A stretch of DNA of 63,933 nucleotides, filler included, from Barthelona sp. PAP020 (GCA_040182905.1; 3 parts of 3 records of this genome joined end to end with filler, not necessarily neighbours in it); one strand, 5' to 3'; positions 10,611 to 22,713 are shown, counted from the first letter of the whole stretch. Made by a program: numbers and translations. The notes: generated by a model from the sequence alone, not told the origin.

Positions 10611-13498
10611 TTAAAGAGATGTTAAGCTTGTAAGTAATTTTTCGGCCAAAGATTGAATCATATCCAAATGAACATGCATTTGTGGTACTTTATCAGCCAA
10701 TATTAAAGCTAAATTACACCATTTTTCTGCAACTTCGAATATTTCCAAATTGTAGTATTTTAAAGCAATATTCCAAACGTTACTAGCTAACCACAACCAA
10801 TGAGTTTTCAAATTATCGTTAACGAAGGAATTTCCATCACTCACAATTCTATCAATTGATTCAAAGGACTTATTTGAATCAGGTAAAATTTGAATGATGT
10901 TTAAAAGCATTTCAATATTGTAACTATTCTTTTGAAAGTTTTTAATTTCAATTGTCTCCATGAAAATGGTTTGTAATTCTTCCAAAACACTTCTATTTGT
11001 AATTATGGATGGGATTGATGAAATTATTCTTATCAAAGTAATTTCGTTCAAGTTTGCTAAAAGACCTTTGAATAACCTCAAATTTTCATTGTTTTGAATG
11101 TCCTTTTTCAACAAAAATAACTTAATTTCACATTCTAACATATTTTGATATTCTTCTTTGTCTACATTTTGATCCTGTTCAAATTTTTCTTCAGCAAAAC
11201 TCAATCGTTTAAATTTGGCCAGTTGAAACTCAATAAAGTTAAAAATATTTTCATTCCAAGAACTTATAACAACTTCCAAAAACAATAAAGCTGAATTCTG
11301 CAGACAAGATGATTGATCGGGAAGATCTAAATAAGTATTATTCCATTCAACGAGATTTAATCCAAAAGAACATAAAGCTTGAAGATATCCAGCTTTTAAT
11401 ACACGAGTAATATCTTTAGATGTATTTTTTAATATATCATAGGAAAGGTTTGAAGAATAAATAATTAAGTAGCCTAATTCATTCAAATTGATTCCCATGT
11501 TAGCGTTAATACCAATAACAGTTTGATGTTTTGCTAAATAGAATATCCCAATCGTTAATAATTGAACTTTCAAATCAATTTCTTCAATATTATTCAACAA
11601 ATTTCGTATTAGAGGAATAACATAAGAATGAAACGCTGTAACATCATAAGAAACATTAAAAACATGTTTTAACAATAAAAATGAAAGGTCAATAAATGAT
11701 TTTTGAATTTTTTCATTTTTACAGTTCAATTCAATGAATTGAATAGCATTACCGATAACATTCAGTTGATCATTTTGAGATTGAGAATTTTCATAAGGTT
11801 TTATTGGGTTTATATTTGTTGTTTCAAATAAATGAAAGTTTTTCAAAATATTTTCGAAATAATTCGAATCTACTTCAGCAAATAAATTTAATAAACTAAA
11901 ATCAAAAGATAAAGAATCATCAATCTCCATATCAATGTTTATATCATTATTATTTTGATGTTTCTTTTGATTGTTATCATTGTTGACCATTTCAAAGATT
12001 TTTTCTATCCATATATGCATATCATCAGTTTTTTCAAGAATTACTGAACATTCAAAACCAAGTAAACAACCATGAAGATCTTTATTTTCAATAATATAAA
12101 ACATTTCATAATATTTTTCAATATTTATATGAATATTAACATTATTGTTCTGATTGTTGATGAAATGTATTGTTTTTTGTTGATTATTTCGCGAGGTTTC
12201 AAAATCTTTTAACATTAATGCCAAAACATGTTTTAAAATAATTTTATATGCTGTATTATCCAATTTTTCAATTTGTTGTGATTGTGAAATGATTAAAAGA
12301 CAATCAAAAAGCCTTAATTTTATTTCAAGTGTTAAATCTTCCTTATTTATCATAAAATCAATCAAAACAACCAAAAACTCAGTTGAATCAATATTATAAT
12401 CATCAATATGTTCAGCAAATTGTTTCAATAACGCTTCAATCATTGATAAATCAATATTTTCTTCTGAACAACTTCTGATGATCAATAAATTGATAAAAGT
12501 AAAACATCTTGGAAATATTTCAATTAAACGTTGTCCAATTGAACAAATAGTCCTAAAATCTTTTATATTCATCATCAACTCATTAAAAAATACAATGCAA
12601 TCATTTAAATCTCCAGGTCCTATAGAATTAAAAAATCTCTTTTGTAAATTGTCAATTTTGTCATCAGCAGCATCCATCAATATTGCTAATTCATAACTAA
12701 TCATCAATGCATTTGTTGTTTCATAAATACTCAATGAAATATTCAATTTTTCATTCGCAATTTCAAAATTTCCTAAAGATATATGACATTTTGAAACCAA
12801 AATCAATATTCTAGCTTCTTTTATTTTGCTATCAGGCAATTCATTCGTTATTTTTAATAATATCTCATAATTACCAATAATATCATCGTATCGTTTAACT
12901 TTAAACAATTGTTCAAACAATTCAAAAGTTGCAAAATATAAATTTAATCGATGGTTTGAATCAACACAAATTTTTAATGTTTCATCAATAATAGTCAATG
13001 GATTACCATTAAAATATGCTTTAGATATCAAAATACAATTTAATTGTACAAATAAATCAATGAATTTAATATTATTCAACAGTTCATTTGAATATTCGTT
13101 AAATAATTTATCTTTAATTTCATCAATACTATTTAACAATTGTGATAAGTCAACTTCATCAATGTCTATTAATAACCCAATACCAATATTGAATAAATGA
13201 AAAAAATCATTTGAAGTTAATGAATTTATTGAATATAACAATTCATAAGAACATTTTCTTACTTGGTATATAACTTCATGGTCTTTATCCAACAAATTAG
13301 AAATAATTAAACTGGTATTCCAAAATTTGATTCCCAACTTACGTTTTTCAACATCATTTAAATCATTATCAATTATAAATATATCTTCATCTGTTTCATT
13401 AATTATTTTTAATATTTCTTCTTCAGAAGTACAATTCTGTAAAGAAAAAATAAATTCTAACAGTTAGTATGAAATAAATTATTAAATAAACTATTCAT
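10611..13498 (-). CDS. ZIP4: Meiosis-specific TPR scaffold ZIP4/Spo22/TEX11-like; exons 13498-13492 and 13456-10611
   Basis: C-terminal WLWLASNVWNIALKYYNLEIFEVAEKWCNLAL matches the TEX11/ZIP4 signature (WL..SWN.G....S.Y..AEKWCGLAL, as recalled), in a ~950-aa helical protein. Removing a 35-nt intron gives an ATG start, MNKFIFSLQNCTSEEE. Confidence 0.75.
13457..13491 (-). other. 35-nt spliceosomal intron in ZIP4-like gene
   Basis: GTTTATTTAATAATTTATTTCA-TACTAAC-TGTTAG: GT...AG with a perfect TACTAAC branch point. Splicing joins ATG AAT A to AA TTT ATT in frame with the long ORF, which otherwise has no ATG in its 5' part. Confidence 0.85.
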
Positions 13499-13648
13499 TA
13501 TCTTTAATTAATGTTTAAAAGATAAAATTTTATTCAATTAAAAAAGAAAGATTCATGCAGGCATAAAAACAAAAAAATTTTTTTGTGGTTCTGGGTTCAT
13601 TTTGCAAAATTCCCACATTTCTTTTTTTTTTCAGTTTTTTTCAAAAAA

Positions 13649-15079
13649 ATGACCCAAATTGAGGATACACAAAATGAAATTAATAATAATGATTTGAATA
13701 ATACAAATGATTTCTTTGAAAGAGCTTTACAATTAAAAGAGCAAGGTAATGCTTTCTTTTCCAAAAAAGATTTCAAAAATGCGGATGTTTTTTATACAAA
13801 AGCTATTGATAGTTGGGATAAAGATTATACATTTTATGGAAATCGCTCTTTTGCAAGAATTAAATTAGAATTATATGGATTAGCTCTTCAAGATGCAAAT
13901 AAAGCCCTTGAAATAGAACCTGGATATGTGAAAGGATATTATCGTAAGGCTGAATGTTATTTTTCCTCTGGACAAATTGAAAAAGCTTTACAAATGTTTT
14001 TAAAGGTAAAACAACTAAAACCTAATGATAAAACGAACTTAGAACGTTTAAAAATAGCCCAAGATATCTTAAAAAAAGAAAAAATGAAAGCTGCACTTAG
14101 AAGTGTTGAGCAAATTCCTTTTGCAAATATCAATATCAACGGTATGCCAGCATTTACCAAAGCTTATGAAGGACCTTTAAAAGATTTAAACAATCTAACA
14201 ATGGACGATACTTTAGCCGTTTTGGACTGGTTAAAGAGTGGTAAGAGTATTCCTAGTTCAATACTTATTTATTTATTAGCTAAAGTTTATGCTTTATTGA
14301 GAGATGAACCAAATGTGATCAGTATTCAAAGACCTACAGAAGGCATGCTTGTTTATGGTGATACCCATGGACAATTTAATGATTTCTATGATTTAATGAT
14401 GGAAAACGGTGTGCCTTCTGCTGATAATCCCTGTGTTTTCTTGGGTGATTATACTGATAGAGGTACGGGTGCGATTGAAATTCTGATCACCTTGTTGGTA
14501 GCCAAATTAACTGCACCAGAGAGTGTTGTTTTGTTGAGAGGAAATCATGAAGCTGTCAGTACAAACAGATTCCACGGTTTTTACAACGAAGTTGTTCAAA
14601 AATATTCGGTTGGTATGTTTGATAAATTCTCAGATCTTTTCAATGCTTTACCACTATGTGCTGTTATTGGAGAATCTATTTTTTGTGTTCATGGTGGTAT
14701 TCCCACATATGAGACAACTGTTCAAGATATAATGGCCATCAATCGTTTCATGAATCCACCACAAACCGGATTATTTGCAGATTTATTGTGGGCTGATCCT
14801 CATGAAGGTTTTGGAGAAAGGCCTTCTCCTCGAGGAGCAGGATTCCTCACTTTTGGTGAAGACATCACAGACAAATTCCTTAAAACGAATGGATTCACCA
14901 AAATTATTAGAGCTCACCAATTCAATGAAGAAGGTTACATGGAATTACACAATGGCAAGGTTATCACTGTGTTTTCCGCACCCAATTATACTGGATTCAA
15001 TAAAAATCCTGCCTCTTTCTTAGTAATCAATCAGAGGATGGAAACAAGAGTTGAGCTCTTTCATTCCTCTAAGAAATAA
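13649..15079 (+). CDS. PPP5: Serine/threonine protein phosphatase 5 (TPR + PPP catalytic domain)
   Basis: Three N-terminal TPRs (LKEQGNAFF, YGNRSFA, KGYYRKA) plus PPP motifs GDTHGQ, GDYTDRG, RGNHE, HGG, RAHQ, FSAPNY. ATG at 13649. Confidence 0.95.
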   Translation: MTQIEDTQNEINNNDLNNTNDFFERALQLKEQGNAFFSKKDFKNADVFYTKAIDSWDKDYTFYGNRSFARIKLELYGLALQDANKALEIEPGYVKGYYRKAECYFSSGQIEKALQMFLKVKQLKPNDKTNLERLKIAQDILKKEKMKAALRSVEQIPFANININGMPAFTKAYEGPLKDLNNLTMDDTLAVLDWLKSGKSIPSSILIYLLAKVYALLRDEPNVISIQRPTEGMLVYGDTHGQFNDFYDLMMENGVPSADNPCVFLGDYTDRGTGAIEILITLLVAKLTAPESVVLLRGNHEAVSTNRFHGFYNEVVQKYSVGMFDKFSDLFNALPLCAVIGESIFCVHGGIPTYETTVQDIMAINRFMNPPQTGLFADLLWADPHEGFGERPSPRGAGFLTFGEDITDKFLKTNGFTKIIRAHQFNEEGYMELHNGKVITVFSAPNYTGFNKNPASFLVINQRMETRVELFHSSKK

Positions 15080-15387
15080 TTGAGGTTTATGTGGAAGTTG
15101 AACTATAGTGGAGTGAGGACATTTTTCTTTGCTTTCCTGCTCAAAAGAAATATTTTGAAAATATCGAGAGATATTTTTATCGGTTTTTGAAACAATAAAT
15201 ATTTTTTTTTTTTTTTTTCTTCTTCTTCATAATTTGCCTTTTTTTAAAATTTAGGTGTGAGGTAACACATTTAGTATGCGTCTGTTTATTAACAGTAAAA
15301 AACAACATCAAACGGACCACTATTTGTGAAAATTTGTGAACAAAAAAGAAATGAAAAGATTTATTGTGCAATTAAGGTTGTTTGCAT

Positions 15388-15999
15388 TCAAATTCCTGAA
15401 ATTGCATATTTTTTTTGAAACTGGGCGATTTGTGTTTGGTTAAAAACAGCCCATAACATTACAATAAGTTCACAATAATATGCTAAAAGGTTCAAATCTT
15501 TTAATACCCACCAATCAAAAGCACATAATACAGCAACAATTCCTAATTCAGTTCTAATTTCTTTTCCACATAATATACTCTCATCATTGGCTTTTAAAAG
15601 GACTAACATTCGAATACCAAAACAAGTTATTAAAAAGACAAGAGGGAAATGCACTGTTTCATAATATTCTAAAATAAATTTGAAATTAGTCAGTAAACCA
15701 GCAATGAAACATACAAAAAAATGAAAAATGCCAATAAAAATACAAGCCCAGGCTGTAGTTTTCACATTACGTATTAATGAAGTCTTTTCATTTTCATACA
15801 AAGTAGTTTGAGGCATAATTGGTTGATTCACTAAAGGATGTGTTATTGGTGGCGTATAATTTTGATTTTGATACGTGACAGGTTGATGTTGATTTGAAGA
15901 ATAATATGTTGGATCTTGAGAAGGATCGGGAAGTAGGGGCCGATTATCTCTAATTGGATCATCAAATGATGGAATAACATATGCATTATCGTTTGACAT
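15388..15999 (-). CDS. Small membrane protein of unknown function (P/Q/Y-rich N-terminus, 3-4 hydrophobic helices)
   Basis: ORF from first ATG (MSNDNAY). Polar Pro/Gln/Tyr-rich N-half and hydrophobic C-half. Confidence 0.6.
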   Translation of the reverse strand: MSNDNAYVIPSFDDPIRDNRPLLPDPSQDPTYYSSNQHQPVTYQNQNYTPPITHPLVNQPIMPQTTLYENEKTSLIRNVKTTAWACIFIGIFHFFVCFIAGLLTNFKFILEYYETVHFPLVFLITCFGIRMLVLLKANDESILCGKEIRTELGIVAVLCAFDWWVLKDLNLLAYYCELIVMLWAVFNQTQIAQFQKKYAISGI

Positions 16000-16354
16000 G
16001 TTACTATTGCTGTTAATTTGGAAAAAACTGAAAACGGAAAAAAAATTTACAAATTTTCTTCCCCGCAATCGATTTTCCTTAATTGAGTCATTTTGATCAA
16101 TTGCCAAAAATGAAAACAACTATTTCATATGTATTTGTAAAAAACCATCACAACTATATTCTTCTAAAGTCAATAAAAATGAGCTGAAAGTTACAAGACT
16201 TTTATCTAACTTTTGAAACTGCTTGAAAATAAAAAATATAACCTTCTACATTTATATAATCACTAAATATAATAAAACTAAAAAAAGACACTTCATTTTT
16301 TCAATTTTAAACGAGTGTCTGACAAATGCTTTATCAGCACAAACATTGCAATAT

Positions 16355-17371
16355 TCATTTGTAGCGTAACAACTCTAAACAATTTGACTGCTTTCCATTT
16401 TGCTCTTTGTCATAATATGTGTAACAAACAGACAGCCAATTGGCATTGGCTTGACTCCATTTTAAATTTTCATTTGGGCCTTTTGAACAATAAGCTAAAA
16501 ACGGGTATTCAATCGGAAATTTAGAAATGTCCCAAATAAAAGTGTATTTGTCATCACCAGATGTAGCTATGTTCTTGGAAGATGTTGGTGACCATGCAGC
16601 AGCATTCACACCATTTTTATGTGCTCTCAATTCAGATACTGCCTTGTTAGGAGCTCTTACATCAATTATAGTGACAGAAGAACCATCTAAAGGAATACAG
16701 GACAAAAGATGTGAGGCTTTTTTGTTCCAAGAAATTTTAGCCATTGGTATTGCTTTATTGTTGACCAAAGGTGACTCATACAAAATGGTGGAATGTCCCA
16801 AATTTCTGAGGTCAAACATTCGTACAGAACCATCAGCACCAACTGTGGAAAATAAATGCGAATTGTTGGAAAATGCCACATCATATACCTCTTTTTCATG
16901 GGCTATCAGCTGGGTGAATACTTTTTGTTGTTCTAAATCCCAAATAGTACATGTAGTGTCTATTGAAGAAGTTACAACAAGATTAGGATCTGATTCATTC
17001 CAATCAAAAGAAGTTAGAGGTGCACAGTAAGAGGACTGATTTGTCAATTTACACAATTGAATTATGTCATCAGAACTTTCATTTAAAGTATATAATCGTA
17101 AAAAATCACCAGTTGTGGCTAACATTTCTTTATCAATAACATTTGGTTGTGGATGAAATAAAATTTTTGTTGGCGGGTAGACTAAATTTGATGAATGCGT
17201 CTGTTCCATTCTATTTGTCTCAGAATTTAATTCAACAATTCCCAAATAATTTTCATGACTTTCTACAAATGATCCCACACCCAAACGAAATGGATGTTCG
17301 GAATTTTTTGACCAATCCATGGCATATATTGGCCAATCACTATCATACTGATATTTTGAATCATTATCCAT
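16355..17371 (-). CDS. DCAF7: WD40 protein DCAF7/WDR68/AN11 family
   Basis: WPIYAMDWS, YPPTKILFHP, LATTGDFLRLY, CAPLTSFDWNE, SSIDTTCTIWD, TQLIAHEKEVYDVAF, GADGSVRMFDLR are family signatures. Confidence 0.95.
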   Translation of the reverse strand: MDNDSKYQYDSDWPIYAMDWSKNSEHPFRLGVGSFVESHENYLGIVELNSETNRMEQTHSSNLVYPPTKILFHPQPNVIDKEMLATTGDFLRLYTLNESSDDIIQLCKLTNQSSYCAPLTSFDWNESDPNLVVTSSIDTTCTIWDLEQQKVFTQLIAHEKEVYDVAFSNNSHLFSTVGADGSVRMFDLRNLGHSTILYESPLVNNKAIPMAKISWNKKASHLLSCIPLDGSSVTIIDVRAPNKAVSELRAHKNGVNAAAWSPTSSKNIATSGDDKYTFIWDISKFPIEYPFLAYCSKGPNENLKWSQANANWLSVCYTYYDKEQNGKQSNCLELLRYK

Positions 17372-17817
17372 TGTCAAAAACAAATGATAATCAATCAATT
17401 CAATGAAAAAAATTTTGTGTTCTTCTTTTTTTTTCAATTATTCGTTTGTTAAAGCATTCTTGCAACATAAACTCTTTATTCTTTGGTGAACAAAAAAATT
17501 CAAAAAATCTTTTGAATATGTCAGGATTACTAGATTTGAGGAAAAATGTGTTTATTGATATCCTTATCATTTTTTAATGAAAGAAGTAATTTATTTCTAT
17601 TAACAATTAATGTAAAAAAAGGAGAGGTTTGAGTCAATAATGATGAAATATTTCAAAAGAAAAAAAAGAATTCTTCAAAAGACAACATTTGTTTGTTGGT
17701 AAAGATGTAAACATTGTATTGGGACAGATTTTTTTTTATTACAATAGAATTTTTGTAAAGAAAAAATTGAAACATATTTTTGTTGATTACAGTATTTGAA
17801 CCAAATAATGAAGAAAG

Positions 17818-20800
17818 ATGCAAATTGAAAAACCAGCTCAAGTGATTGCATTATTAAATAGTAACAATAGTTTTGAAAATCTTGAAGGGATAGAATATTT
17901 ATCAAATTATTTTAATAGTCAAGTTAAAACCACCTTATTAAAAGGGATTTTCTGTCAAAACAATTTATGGAATACATTATTTCGAATATTATTTCGACAT
18001 TTAAATTCGAATACTGATGAATTTATTAAGATAATTGAATTTTTGTTTATCTATTCTAAATTTGTACCTATAGATATTCCATCAGGGAATGAGAATAACA
18101 AGGAAAAAATAATGAAATGTTTAGATATATCTAAGAATATTCTAAAGAGTTTTTCACAAAATGATGTAAATGAAAGTGAGAAGAAGTTTTCCATAAATTT
18201 TAAAACTTTTGAATATTTGGAAGCAATTTTTATAATGATGATTTATTTTTATGAAATTTTTGAGAATCCTAACAAAGAAGAAGAGTTGTATGTGTTTCTT
18301 GAAAAGGATAAATATCCTATTACCTTTTCACAAGATGGACTGTTTGTTTTATTATCTCATGACGTACCTTTTAAACATATTAAATCTCATTTTGATGTGA
18401 ATATGATTGAAACTATTTGTTCAAATATAGATAGTACTTATGAGAATGTTAATTTATTGCATAAGATTGCGAAGATAAATGAAAATGACATTGAGATTCA
18501 GAGAACTGTTGTCATTGGGTTTATCAAGCTATTGAATAGAAGTTTGCAGGAGTTAATTGCAGCAAAGGATTTGAAGAATACTAGCGATGAAGTTGTTAAA
18601 AAATATACGTTTTATTGTAAACTTTGTGAGATCATTGGTGAATTCAACGTGATTGGAAAGATTAAGTTCTGGGAAATTGACGAATTTTTAACTTTTTTGG
18701 TTTCAAAGCGTATAAGTACTTATTTTCTTAAGCCATTAGATGTAATGGTTCAAACATTTTTGTTGAATTTGGAATCCTTTGTTAAAACAAACGAGGATAT
18801 TCTTGATTCAGAAAATGAAGTTTATTTGTTATATTTGCTGACATTTTTAGCAGAAAAATATCCGTACGAATTTGTGTGTTCAGGCATCTTTCGTTTTGGT
18901 TTTACATTTTTTCGAGCTTCTATGTTGAGACAAATCGTAGCTAAAGCAGGTTTAGATCTTAGGGTTGGTCCTTCCTTGAATATTTTGGCAGAATCTCCTC
19001 TGATGGATGTTAGATCAACAACTCTTTTTGCTAAAGCTCCTGAAATGATCATTATGATGATTACTGGTGTAGTTTCTGAAATAACATTGAATTTTGTTGC
19101 TAAAACATTATTTACAGCCGTTAATCCTCCTTATGAGTGGGTAATTGCGATGTTGCATTTACTTGAAAAAGGACCAGGATTGTACACCTTGAACGTTCTA
19201 AGATCACCAAGATTATTGGCTCAGATAAAACGTTTGATCCAATTAGGGAGGACTAAATGTGTTGAAAATAACAAGACCAATATTACAACTATTTTGGATA
19301 GCTCATCAAGAAGACTCAACAAAAGCCAAAATCAATTACTGGAACATCTTGGATTTGAACAAGGAACATTGACACCATCAGCTGATCTTTGTAAATTTCT
19401 ACTTGACCATTTACCTGTTACTCAAGAAACTGTATTATGGTTATTCCAAGAGATCCCTCAATCTGTAAAAAAGTTTGCCATGGAATCAATGGAAATGCTC
19501 ACAAGATGCTTCGATTTACGATTTGATCTTCTTCCTTTAGCGATGAGTGGTGTTGAAATTTTTCAAAGCATGTGCTCATTGTTACCTCCTGCTTCTTTGT
19601 TGGAGTTCTTTGATGCTTCTATTATTAGTCTTGAAACTGAAGAGAATAAGAGAATTAATAAAGATGAAATGCTTTCTTCAAGAAATAAAGATAGTTTACC
19701 AGTTATTCCCACTCAATTTTTATGTTCGTTGGCAGAATGTCTTTCTTGTGAGATGCATTTAGCAAAGATTCAGTACTATCGTCAAATTGCGCTTGATCAT
19801 TTTATAAAAAATCAACAAAACAACATACAAAGGCCAATTTTAAGAGATTCTCTGTCAAAGGCAGCTAGAAATTCAAATCCTTTAGTTGGTCATCAAAGTA
19901 GTTATAGCAAAGATTATATTAAAACTAAATCCACGCCTAATTTAAGTTTGTTAAAACAGAATATGCAAAACACATCAAGTCTGCAAAATGAACCAGTTAC
20001 TTTGCCATCAATGCGTAGACAAAGAAGTGTTTCACTCTTATCAGTTACAACTGATGCGAGTGATAGTTCAACCGAAGATTATAAAGTTGTAAATGTTGAA
20101 GCATTTGACAGTATTTTCAAGCCCAATGAAAAACTTGTTGATCCAAAGAAATATAATGTTAAAGCCCGCAATTCATGGAATAAAGCCAAGAAAATTGTCA
20201 CCAATCCTTCTTCACAGTCTACTTTGCAAAGAAGGATTTCAATGCTGAAAGATCTTCATTTGAGTTCAACAGATTCTTTGCCAGATTTAGTCAATCAGAA
20301 TTATGGATCAGTGAATGTTGGCTCATCATCAATATTTTCAGAATTTGCTGTGGATAAGGGGGATAAGGGGGATAAGAATGAACCTTTTGACATTGAAGCT
20401 GTTGTTGGAGATGATGAAGACACTCGTACTAATACACAAACTGATATTAGTGATGAAAATGATTCGTTGGCTTCAGCAGAAGAAGGATTTTATGCTGATG
20501 AAGATTATTTAAACCATTTATTGGCTACACCCTTTTTTAATCCTATTTTAAGCACACTTTCACAAATATTTGTTACCTTTAGTCCAATTTCAACGAATTT
20601 TGTTGACATCAAAGCAAATATTCGAATGTTTTTATCTTTGAAACAGATTGATTTCTTTAATTGTATTATGGGTTCTATTTTGAAGACATTTACTGAAAAA
20701 TTTAAAGAGTCAAAAGAAACCATTGAAACGTTATTTTTGTTATTACAATTGTTTGAAGCTTGTTATCATGCTTTCAATGATTATCAACATAGACAAGCTT

Positions 20801-21939
20801 TTGATTTGCATATCAATGCTTTAGATGAATTCCTTTACAAATCAACAAATTATCTAGTTTTGCTCTTTAATCAAATGATGAAATTAAGGATATGGGAAAA
20901 GTTTCCAAATGTTTTCATCAAACTTTTGAACATTTTAACCAAAGCTCTAGAATATGAAAAGTATCGTTCATTAATACCCAAAAGTCTTGATGTAGTTTTG
21001 TTTTTATCCGTTTATTCCCATTGTTTAACTCAACAAGATGCTTATTTGATGGATTTAACCCGTTTTATGATGAATCTGTCATTAAACAATGAGCTATTTC
21101 CTTGTTTATTGACTGGAAAGTTGAATATAAAACTAAATGACATTGAGTTGTCGGTAGAATCAAAATCATCAAAAACAAAGTCAATTGGTTATTTATTGTG
21201 GTTATATTTGCTTAAAACCATTTTGAAAACGGATGATTCAGTTATAGATGATAACAAAGAAAAAATTAAAATTGTTGAAGATTTGGTTGTAATGTGGTGT
21301 AGGTTTTCTGTCAAATATTTTAATTTTATCAAAAGTTTATTTGAGGTTGATAAAAATGTTTTAGCAAGTAGAGTTTTATCACTGGATCAATTGTTTAAGG
21401 TCAAATTGAATAATCGTCAAAATTTTTTATTGTCTTTAAATTCTTTACATAGTAATAATTTGAATAAAGATGATTCCAACACAGTTGGAATGCCTACTCC
21501 TTCATTTGATATACCAAAAACTCCAAAATCAAATTCGAATGTGATTTTGCCTTCATTCAATCGTTCAAATCAATCAAATCAATCACCAATAATACCCAAT
21601 TTAAATTTGAACAATATTCACACTGTAGTTTCATCATCTTCATTTTCCCCTTTATCCAGCGCCAAATCATCCCCAAATTTGAAAACATCTAGATTATCTG
21701 CTAAACCATTTTCACCTTCAATCAGTTCTTCTTCTCCAATTGTATTATCACCAAGACCAATTTCACGCGGTAAAATTTTTGGAAATTCTGTCATTTTAAA
21801 AGAAAAATCAAAAATTTCCAATTTTTCGAACATTTCAAAGACTCAACCAAATCTCAGATCTATTGCGGGATTGAAAAGTCATTCACAATCAATTGAAAAC
21901 TATATGTTATCTCCTATTGCACCAAAGAGTTTTGATTAA
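17818..21939 (+). CDS. Large helical-repeat-like protein with Ser-rich disordered segments, unknown function
   Basis: 1373-aa ORF. Leucine-rich helical regions flank an S/D-rich linker, with an S/P-rich tail. No family recognised. Confidence 0.6.
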   Translation: MQIEKPAQVIALLNSNNSFENLEGIEYLSNYFNSQVKTTLLKGIFCQNNLWNTLFRILFRHLNSNTDEFIKIIEFLFIYSKFVPIDIPSGNENNKEKIMKCLDISKNILKSFSQNDVNESEKKFSINFKTFEYLEAIFIMMIYFYEIFENPNKEEELYVFLEKDKYPITFSQDGLFVLLSHDVPFKHIKSHFDVNMIETICSNIDSTYENVNLLHKIAKINENDIEIQRTVVIGFIKLLNRSLQELIAAKDLKNTSDEVVKKYTFYCKLCEIIGEFNVIGKIKFWEIDEFLTFLVSKRISTYFLKPLDVMVQTFLLNLESFVKTNEDILDSENEVYLLYLLTFLAEKYPYEFVCSGIFRFGFTFFRASMLRQIVAKAGLDLRVGPSLNILAESPLMDVRSTTLFAKAPEMIIMMITGVVSEITLNFVAKTLFTAVNPPYEWVIAMLHLLEKGPGLYTLNVLRSPRLLAQIKRLIQLGRTKCVENNKTNITTILDSSSRRLNKSQNQLLEHLGFEQGTLTPSADLCKFLLDHLPVTQETVLWLFQEIPQSVKKFAMESMEMLTRCFDLRFDLLPLAMSGVEIFQSMCSLLPPASLLEFFDASIISLETEENKRINKDEMLSSRNKDSLPVIPTQFLCSLAECLSCEMHLAKIQYYRQIALDHFIKNQQNNIQRPILRDSLSKAARNSNPLVGHQSSYSKDYIKTKSTPNLSLLKQNMQNTSSLQNEPVTLPSMRRQRSVSLLSVTTDASDSSTEDYKVVNVEAFDSIFKPNEKLVDPKKYNVKARNSWNKAKKIVTNPSSQSTLQRRISMLKDLHLSSTDSLPDLVNQNYGSVNVGSSSIFSEFAVDKGDKGDKNEPFDIEAVVGDDEDTRTNTQTDISDENDSLASAEEGFYADEDYLNHLLATPFFNPILSTLSQIFVTFSPISTNFVDIKANIRMFLSLKQIDFFNCIMGSILKTFTEKFKESKETIETLFLLLQLFEACYHAFNDYQHRQAFDLHINALDEFLYKSTNYLVLLFNQMMKLRIWEKFPNVFIKLLNILTKALEYEKYRSLIPKSLDVVLFLSVYSHCLTQQDAYLMDLTRFMMNLSLNNELFPCLLTGKLNIKLNDIELSVESKSSKTKSIGYLLWLYLLKTILKTDDSVIDDNKEKIKIVEDLVVMWCRFSVKYFNFIKSLFEVDKNVLASRVLSLDQLFKVKLNNRQNFLLSLNSLHSNNLNKDDSNTVGMPTPSFDIPKTPKSNSNVILPSFNRSNQSNQSPIIPNLNLNNIHTVVSSSSFSPLSSAKSSPNLKTSRLSAKPFSPSISSSSPIVLSPRPISRGKIFGNSVILKEKSKISNFSNISKTQPNLRSIAGLKSHSQSIENYMLSPIAPKSFD

Positions 21940-22128
21940 TATAAATAACAGAATTTTTCTTGAGATTTATTATTTAATGTTGAAAAAGAAGAAAATTGGG
22001 TTTCTCTTACCCATTTTCGGAAGCGGGCGAAATGAAAAAAAAAGAATTCAAAGAAAAAGAGGGACTTTTTTCCCTCAACTTAATAATTATAAAATACGAC
22101 GCCAATGTATTAAAAAGAAACAAATAAT

Positions 22129-22644
22129 TTATAGAAATAGCTGAGCATATTCACACAATAAAAACAATTCTTTTTCTTTCCAAAATTCAATAAAATCACC
22201 TAAAAGATACTCAAAATTAATATTTATCATTCTGTCCATAATCGATAACAAAGCAAATGACCATAATTGAAAATTTTCAAATGACATTACCTCTTTTGAA
22301 ACAAATAATGCTTGTGCAAGAGTAAATTCCATATTATTTGTTTTTATTGAATATAAAAGATCCATCTTTGGTAAAAAAGAATCATTTTTTAAAACTTTTT
22401 TGTACATTTTCATATTTTTTGGTATTGATTTTTTTGCTTTTGGCATTTTATCAAAAATATAAAATACCTCTTGTCTGTACATTATAAATTTCTCAATATT
22501 TATGTTTTTGTCAACAGTAATCGATGAAGTTTCCATGGTAATATCAGTATTATCAGTATATATTGTATATAAATCAGTTGAATATTCATCTTCAATATCA
22601 ACATCATTATTCGGTAGATTTAATGCTATCTTTTGTTTAAACAT
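22129..22644 (-). CDS. Gemin2/Brr1-like snRNP assembly factor (divergent)
   Basis: LPKMDLLYSI...FQLWSFALLSIMDRMI resembles Gemin2 PPLLSIV...GRWLYALLACLEKPL, and IEKFIMYRQEV resembles VAQFSTVRQNV (as recalled). Start MFKQK assumed. Confidence 0.5.
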   Translation of the reverse strand: MFKQKIALNLPNNDVDIEDEYSTDLYTIYTDNTDITMETSSITVDKNINIEKFIMYRQEVFYIFDKMPKAKKSIPKNMKMYKKVLKNDSFLPKMDLLYSIKTNNMEFTLAQALFVSKEVMSFENFQLWSFALLSIMDRMININFEYLLGDFIEFWKEKELFLLCEYAQLFL

Positions 22645-22713
22645 CCATGTAAAAAAACACAAAAAATAAAAATGTTGAACAGAGTCAACAAATAATACTT
22701 TACACATTTATTA

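Noticed and set aside
22129..22707. ORC6 candidate next to ORC3
   Set aside because: It is on a different contig, shows no TFIIB-like or ORC6 motifs, and fits Gemin2 better. No ORC6 or Cdt1 was recognised in the window.
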